DNA of 62,683 nucleotides, taken from contig JAGGZD010000018.1 of the NCBI GenBank assembly GCA_021162245.1, positions 1-62,683 on the forward strand, in the 5' to 3' direction. Below are positions 57,551-62,683 of the stretch, one piece after another. A program made the position numbers and the translations under genes. Source of the stretch: Dehalococcoidia bacterium (GTDB taxonomy: Bacteria > Chloroflexota > Dehalococcoidia > GIF9 > AB-539-J10). The notes under the pieces are model-generated. The model did not search any database. It was not told the origin of the DNA and saw only the letters and a list, made by a program, of their open reading frames with translations. Position 1 is the stretch's first letter; the number at the start of each line of letters is the position of its first letter.

Positions 57551-58825
57551 CTAATTTACTTTTGGGGTTTTGAGCCTCTTGCCTTTGTATTGTGGTTTCA
57601 TTGATAGAGCTAATTTTTTCTCCCCCTCCGCAGTCTTAACCTCGCCATCCAGTTTCGCTTTATGTAATACCTGGAGGATTTCTCCTAATTCCAGTCCAGC
57701 AGAAAAGCCTAATTTCTTCAGACTATCTCCATTGAGCAATGTCTTTACATGCCTCAATCTAGCTATAAATAGCTCAAGATTAGAACGTGTAGATGAAGAT
57801 TCCGAGGCTATGGCGTTGGCCTGGACAGCTAATGGGTCATATTCACGGAGCAAATAATAAATCTCACTGTGTTTTACAGAGGTCTTACACAGGAGGTGAA
57901 GCCGGCTCTTCAACTGAAGCGTGTCACGAAGCGCTCGAGCCAATTTCGCTGGCACGTTAAGGCGATGAATGAGTCGCTCGCTTTCCTCCTGGCTAAGAGA
58001 ATAAATAAAAAGGCATAGATAAAGTGTGGGTAGTTGACCAGATTTACTTAACAATCGCGCTTTAGAAAACTTCTCAGCTATCCAGCCATTTCCCCTAAGA
58101 GCAGAATTTACTCTCTGTAACACTCCCAGTTCTCCAAGACGCCCAAGGGCAGACTCCGGATGTTTCTCTTTAAGTATCAATTCTAATTCATGCCTTATAC
58201 GGTCGCCACTTATAGTATCCAGCATGGGAATACTCTGTTGAAGCATCTGCAACGTTTGCAATTCAAGTTCAAATCCGAGACGTTGTTCGTAACGGATAGC
58301 ACGGAAAATTCTGGTAGCATCATCCCTAAAACTCCCTGAGTGCAAAATGCGGATGTAACGGCGCTCAATGTCATCGCTGCCTTGAAAAGGATCAATAAGC
58401 TCCCCATGATTACTCGGCACAAGCGATATAGCCATAGCATTGATAGAGAAATCGCGACGAAAAAGATCATCCCTGATAGTCCCATAAACAACTGTGGGCA
58501 ATGCACCTGGTTTGGAATAGGTTTCACACCGTGCTGTAGCTATATCCAAAGTAAAATTGCTATAACCAAGCTTAGCAGTACCAAAACGAGGATGTGTAAC
58601 CAGTCGTAGTTGTCTGGTCTTAGCTATTTGTTGAGCTAATTTCACGGCATCACCCTCAATTACCATGTCCAGGTCGAGGTTAGAATACCCCAAGAACAAA
58701 TCTCGTACCACGCCACCAACAAGATAGGCTTTATGCCCCATTTGGTTAGCTTTCCTGCTAATATCCTCAACTAACTCCAACATTTGCTGAGGCAAATATC
58801 GTTCAATTTGCGAAGCAACGTTCAC
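57551..58825 (-). CDS. cca: CCA-adding enzyme / poly(A) polymerase-family tRNA nucleotidyltransferase
   Basis: GTG start. YLVGGVVRDLFLG...DLDMVIEG head-domain motif, RRDFSINAMA. Confidence 0.85.
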   Translation of the reverse strand: MNVASQIERYLPQQMLELVEDISRKANQMGHKAYLVGGVVRDLFLGYSNLDLDMVIEGDAVKLAQQIAKTRQLRLVTHPRFGTAKLGYSNFTLDIATARCETYSKPGALPTVVYGTIRDDLFRRDFSINAMAISLVPSNHGELIDPFQGSDDIERRYIRILHSGSFRDDATRIFRAIRYEQRLGFELELQTLQMLQQSIPMLDTISGDRIRHELELILKEKHPESALGRLGELGVLQRVNSALRGNGWIAEKFSKARLLSKSGQLPTLYLCLFIYSLSQEESERLIHRLNVPAKLARALRDTLQLKSRLHLLCKTSVKHSEIYYLLREYDPLAVQANAIASESSSTRSNLELFIARLRHVKTLLNGDSLKKLGFSAGLELGEILQVLHKAKLDGEVKTAEGEKKLALSMKPQYKGKRLKTPKVN

Positions 58826-58944
58826 TAGTCATCTTACTCCTAAACTTCTTCAAATCAATTATACCTGAAATCATTATACCATCGCTTTTGCACATCACAT
58901 TCCTCTTTTTTATAGCTACATCAGGGCAGAATCAGCACAGGACA

Positions 58945-58974
58945 TTGACATTATGGCACAAAGCTGTTTACAAT
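58945..58974 (+). promoter_or_regulatory. Candidate promoter for the CetZ-like gene, leaderless-type geometry
   Basis: TTGACA (58945-58950), 18-nt spacer, TACAAT (58969-58974). ATG at 58982 is 7 nt after the -10 hexamer and has no Shine-Dalgarno sequence. Confidence 0.5.
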
Positions 58975-58981
58975 AAACCAA

Positions 58982-60154
58982 ATGAAATTATTAATTATAG
59001 GTTTAGGTCAATGCGGTGGCAGGATCGCTGATAGATTTGCTCGGCTAAACAAGAAGGCACGGTCTATGCGGGGAATTAGTATAATTGCTGATGCCTTCGC
59101 TGTTAATACTGATGTAGCTGATTTGAGTGGGCTACGCACTATTAAATCTGATTACAAACACAGAATACTTGTTGGTGGCCAAAGGACTAATGGCCACGGA
59201 GTAGGTAAGGTAAGTGAACTTGGCGCCGAGATAGCTACGGAAGATAATGATAAAATTATAGATGCTATAAGGACAACAGAGCGGTTCTATGAAACAGATG
59301 CCTTTATGTTGATCGCTTCTGCCTCCGGTGGCACTGGCTCCGGAGCAATAGGGGTAATGACACAGCATCTGAAAGAACGCTATATAGGAAAGCCAGTTTA
59401 CAATATTATTGTTCTTCCTTTCCAGCAAGAAGAAACAACAGAAGCAAGGACTATTTACAACACAGCTATGTGCCTCAAATCCGCATATCTGGTGGCTGAT
59501 GCAATATTCCTTATCGACAATCAGAGATACATCAAAAAGAACTCCCCCGCAGAAAACAACATAGCGACGATTAACTCTCGGGTAGTTGAGCCATTTTATA
59601 ACTTGCTTTGTGCTGGGGAGGAGACAAACAAGAAATATGTCGGATCGAAGACGCTAGATGCAGGGGATATAATACAGACACTGGCAGGCTGGACAGTAAT
59701 TGGCGAAGGCAAATCGTCAATTCGAAGAAAGATGCCTTTGCTTGGACAAGCACGTGATTTCAGAGACAGGATGTCTGAAACAAGCAAAGCTGCTCATGCC
59801 ATGGACGAAGCACTGGGAGAATTATCGCTCACGTGTAGCCCCAAAAATGCTGGAAGGGCTTTGTATCTCGTCACTGCGCCGCCAAGTGAAATGAAAATGG
59901 AAGTAATACAACAACTTGGGGACAATTTAAAGGCTGTGGCTCCAGATGCTTTGACCCGCAGTGGTGATTACCCCAGACAGAAGGGCTCATTGAGCGTTAC
60001 TATGATTCTATCGGATATCAGCAACACGAGGAAAGTCACAAAGTACTTTACTAAGGCAATCGACTTGATTTCTGTTATGAAATCTAAACGCGGGCTGGAG
60101 TACTCAGGCAGAAAGCTTGAAGAGGCTTTCAGCGACATTCCTGTATTACTATAA
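58982..60154 (+). CDS. Tubulin/FtsZ-superfamily GTPase, CetZ-like
   Basis: 390 aa. T1 loop IIGLGQCGG, GHGVG...ELGAEIATED, T4 signature ASGGTGSG (aa 114-121), HLKERY..KPVYNIIVLP, FLIDNQRY (tubulin/CetZ-like DN motif), IIQTLAG, C-terminal SGDYP. Confidence 0.8.
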   Translation: MKLLIIGLGQCGGRIADRFARLNKKARSMRGISIIADAFAVNTDVADLSGLRTIKSDYKHRILVGGQRTNGHGVGKVSELGAEIATEDNDKIIDAIRTTERFYETDAFMLIASASGGTGSGAIGVMTQHLKERYIGKPVYNIIVLPFQQEETTEARTIYNTAMCLKSAYLVADAIFLIDNQRYIKKNSPAENNIATINSRVVEPFYNLLCAGEETNKKYVGSKTLDAGDIIQTLAGWTVIGEGKSSIRRKMPLLGQARDFRDRMSETSKAAHAMDEALGELSLTCSPKNAGRALYLVTAPPSEMKMEVIQQLGDNLKAVAPDALTRSGDYPRQKGSLSVTMILSDISNTRKVTKYFTKAIDLISVMKSKRGLEYSGRKLEEAFSDIPVLL

Positions 60155-60267
60155 GCAGTCTTCTAAACTTGCACACAGCAAAATATCAGGTATGACTCCC
60201 TACTAGCCATTAAAAGGCAAACTGGTGTACGGCATGACTAAAGAGAGTGTTTGACTTGTGACCCTCC

Positions 60268-60657
60268 CTATTTCCTGGCTTTAACAAATACCGCCCATGT
60301 CCGCTCCAGAGCCTCTTTACGGGATTCTCGAGCTTTCATTTCAGCCTCTTCACTTATCCTCAGTGCACGGCTTACGCTACTCTCGAAAGTTTTCCTAGCC
60401 TGGGCTATACTTTCCTCACAGCTCTTCCTGGCTCGTTCTACAACTTCATCATATACCTTATTTGCCTGTCGCTCTTGCTCTTTATAAGCTTCTTCTAACT
60501 GACGTTGAGCTTCCAAGTAAGCCGTATAGGCAGCAGCAGCTCGCTGCTGAGTTTCACTAAGAAAATCAACAGTCTGTTCAATTTTCTTAATGTCCTTCTT
60601 GCCTTTTTGCTCAGTTCCCCCTTTATCCGCAACAAAAACTTGCTCTGGCTCTGGCAT
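60268..60657 (-). CDS. Small Glu/Lys/Ala-rich coiled-coil protein, unknown function
   Basis: 129 aa. Helical-repeat composition similar to the upstream 543-aa gene. 70 nt downstream of it on the same strand. Confidence 0.6.
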   Translation of the reverse strand: MPEPEQVFVADKGGTEQKGKKDIKKIEQTVDFLSETQQRAAAAYTAYLEAQRQLEEAYKEQERQANKVYDEVVERARKSCEESIAQARKTFESSVSRALRISEEAEMKARESRKEALERTWAVFVKARK

Positions 60658-60727
60658 AATATACCTCCTTTATCACTGAACCTCTATTCTATCTCTTTCA
60701 CCAAAAAGAATCTACCTTCGCTTCTAT

Positions 60728-62359
60728 TCAATCTTGTTCTATCTCATCTCTGTCCACAGCTTCCTCCTCAACATACTCATCTTTACCCGCCATATACATT
60801 CGAGCTAAGAAATCCAAGCGCGATTGGACATCTCTCTTAGAATCCACTAGTTTTTTCTTCTCTTTTTCACCGCCCTCAGGTTTACGTAAGGCTTTCTCAA
60901 ATATCTTTAATGGCACTTCAGGGGCCTCCCCTTTGGGGATCTCCTTTGCAATTCCTCCACCCGTTTTCTCAGTTCCACCTACCGCTTTTTCAAAGACCCG
61001 CATTGATGCTTTTGCAGCTCTCCTAGCCGATTTGGTTGTTGCCTCAGCCACAGCAATCGTCTCTCCAAATGCCTTTATCGATGTCATAACAGCCTCTCTA
61101 GCTATCTCTATCGATTTTTCAGTAATCTCTGCAATTATCCGTTTGGACTCATCAGTAACCTCTGCAGTTTCTTGGCCTATTCCCTCAGCTTTGCTTATTG
61201 CTTCCTGAGATGCTTTCTTTGCTTCCTCAGCAGACGCTTTAGCCATTCGGCTTATTTCCTCAGCCTTGCTTATTGCTTCTTGGGATATTCTTGCTGCTTC
61301 TTCGACAGATATTCTAGTCTCTCGGCTTATTTCCTCAGCCTTGCTTATTGCTTCCTGGGATGCTTTCTTTGCTTCCTCAGCTCTACTTGCCGCTTCTTGC
61401 GATGTTCTTGTTGCCCTCTCAATAGCCTCTTCGGCCAATCTAACTGATTTCTCAGCTTCGCTTACCGCCCTCTGCGATGCTTTTATTTGTGTTTTAGCCT
61501 CTTTTCGGGTCATTTTGATTACTTCATTAGCTTTATCTATAGCCTCTTTGAATGAAGTTGCTGAAGTGGCAGCAGATTCATTAGCCAAGCGGCTTACATT
61601 TTCAGCCTTATTTATCGCTTCCCTAAATGCTCTTGTTGAGGCTTCAACAGATTCCGTAGTTGCCTGGCTTATTCTCCCAGTTCTATCTACTGCTTCCTGA
61701 GATGCTCTTTCCGATTCTCTGGCAGACTTCACAATCGCTCGGCTCAATTTCTCAATTCTACTTATGGCCTCCCTGGATGCTTTTCTCGCCTCCTCAGCAG
61801 TTTCTATAGCTGTCTGGCTTACCTTCTCAGCTCTATCTACTGCTTCCAATGATGTCTCTTTAGCATTCTCAGCAATTTCTATCGCCGTCTGGCTCACCTT
61901 CTCAGCTCTATCTACTGCTTCTTGGGATGTTCTTAGTGATGCCTCGGCAGATTCATTACTTGATTTGGCCAACACCTCAATCCTGGCCACAGCTTCTTCA
62001 AATGCTTGCGTTAACGCTTTAGTGGAATCCATAGCCGATTTGACCGATGCCTCAGCTTTGTTTATCGCTTTACGGGATGATCTTCTCGCCCCTTCAACAG
62101 CCTCTGTAGCCGCCTGGCTTACTTTCTCGGCTCTATCTACTGCTTCCTGAGATATTCTCTCCGATTCCCTGGCAGTCTTTTTGGCTGCTCGACTTATCTT
62201 CTCAATTCTATCTATAGTTTCCTGAGACGCCTTTCTCGATGCTTCAGCAGCTTGTTTGGCTACATAGCTTAGCCTCTCAGCTTCGGCCACCGCCTGTTCA
62301 AATGTCCCAATATCAGCTTTCATATTCTTCAAGGATTCAGGGGACTTGTTCCACTCCAC
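60728..62359 (-). CDS. 543-aa alpha-helical repeat protein (about 17 x 25-residue repeats) with acidic C-terminal tail, unknown function
   Basis: Repeats such as EAVDRAEKVSQTAIEIAENAKETSL / EAVDRAEKVSQTAIETAEEARKASR / EAISKAEEISRMAKASAEEAKKASQ. GTG start uncertain, no clear Shine-Dalgarno sequence. Confidence 0.75.
   Translation of the reverse strand: MEWNKSPESLKNMKADIGTFEQAVAEAERLSYVAKQAAEASRKASQETIDRIEKISRAAKKTARESERISQEAVDRAEKVSQAATEAVEGARRSSRKAINKAEASVKSAMDSTKALTQAFEEAVARIEVLAKSSNESAEASLRTSQEAVDRAEKVSQTAIEIAENAKETSLEAVDRAEKVSQTAIETAEEARKASREAISRIEKLSRAIVKSARESERASQEAVDRTGRISQATTESVEASTRAFREAINKAENVSRLANESAATSATSFKEAIDKANEVIKMTRKEAKTQIKASQRAVSEAEKSVRLAEEAIERATRTSQEAASRAEEAKKASQEAISKAEEISRETRISVEEAARISQEAISKAEEISRMAKASAEEAKKASQEAISKAEGIGQETAEVTDESKRIIAEITEKSIEIAREAVMTSIKAFGETIAVAEATTKSARRAAKASMRVFEKAVGGTEKTGGGIAKEIPKGEAPEVPLKIFEKALRKPEGGEKEKKKLVDSKRDVQSRLDFLARMYMAGKDEYVEEEAVDRDEIEQD
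61040..62300 (-). repeat. In-frame tandem 75-nt (25-codon) repeat array inside the 543-aa gene
   Basis: TCTATCTACTGCTTC at 61682, 61832, 61907 and 62132 (spacings 150, 75, 225). CGGCTTATTTCCTCAGCCTTGCTTATTGCTTC at 61248 and 61323 (spacing 75). 61793-61847 vs 61868-61922 differ at about 4 positions. Confidence 0.85.
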
Positions 62360-62405
62360 AAAGACTAAAGATTTCTATACCCCGTTTTCATTTCCACTAA
62401 GTTTA

Positions 62406-62435
62406 ATTTTAATAGGAGTTACCTGGTTTTTTCAA
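62406..62435 (-). promoter_or_regulatory. Candidate promoter for the repeat-protein operon
   Basis: Minus strand TTGAAA (62435-62430), 18-nt spacer, TAAAAT (62411-62406). Confidence 0.35.
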
Positions 62436-62683
62436 CATATGACGCAAAAATCGGAGGCAAAGTAGGCAAGCACCTACATCTCCAAGTCCTATTATTCATT
62501 TTTACCGACAATGGTTTTTAGCTCTCAGTTTAGTTTGGATTTCCTAAACCCTGAGTGTTTCTCCTCTTCACGCTCTGCTTAATGTTACGTCTTGCCTGAT
62601 GATGTAGTCAAGGTAAAGTCTCCTCCAATACAAGATGAGCCTGAAGAGGGTATCGAATTCTAACGCAAAATGAGCCTAAGAGG

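Noticed and set aside
60933-62150. Several plus-strand ORFs (91-144 aa, Ala/Ser/Leu-rich) opposite the 543-aa repeat gene
   Set aside because: This is a mirror-image artefact of a Glu/Ala/Lys/Ser-rich repeat: antisense GCT/TCT/CTT codons rarely give stops. Only the minus frame is continuous for 543 codons with a regular 25-residue helical periodicity.
62634-62683. Two copies of ATGAGCCT(G/A)AAGAGG about 35 nt apart at the right edge
   Set aside because: Only two short imperfect copies lie at the window boundary. This is not enough to call a CRISPR or repeat array, and it cannot be extended.

Overview
62.7-kb chromosomal window, densely coding: about 60 protein genes and 6 tRNAs. I saw no rRNA, CRISPR array, transposase or integrase. 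Core genes are bacterial (RNase Y, RF1/PrmC, GyrA, Pol III beta, PlsX, FAS-II, KsgA, IspE) and the metabolism looks anaerobic. Archaeal-type enzymes (FBP aldolase/phosphatase, ApgM-like mutase) and a secretin-less pilus locus recall Chloroflexota/Dehalococcoidia-like lineages, but that taxon guess is inference only. Blocks in order: (1) rny-ymdB, prmC-prfA-macro and a 5-tRNA array. (2) fabF, a short FakA-like gene, degV, plsX, gyrA, then lysC with an ApgM-like gene. (3) A small zinc-ribbon gene missing from the ORF track, a radical-SAM gene, apbE and rnfCDGEAB. (4) A hicAB cassette bracketed by long direct repeats. (5) A type IV pilus locus in two halves (PilX-like, two minor pilins, pilC, pilB / PilO-like, PilM-PilN fusion, pilT, pilA), with a divergent 1031-aa Asp-box surface protein. 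(6) Between the pilus halves, vapBC plus a soluble Flx/Hdr-type redox module (HdrD-like, MvhD, two FeS proteins, FAD/NAD protein, HdrA), with etfBA directly upstream of hdrA. (7) A second FAS-II cluster with a split HadAB-like dehydratase, plsX2, acpP, fabL, fabF2 and fabG. (8) dnaN, rdgB, fbp, ksgA, ispE, cca. (9) The most unusual locus: a CetZ-like (archaeal tubulin/FtsZ-superfamily) GTPase gene with a leaderless-type promoter. It sits next to two coiled-coil genes, one a 543-aa protein built from about 17 strictly phased 25-residue repeats. Block 9 is my best candidate for an undescribed cytoskeletal or membrane-remodelling system. All homology calls come from reading motifs in the translations; no database search was run.
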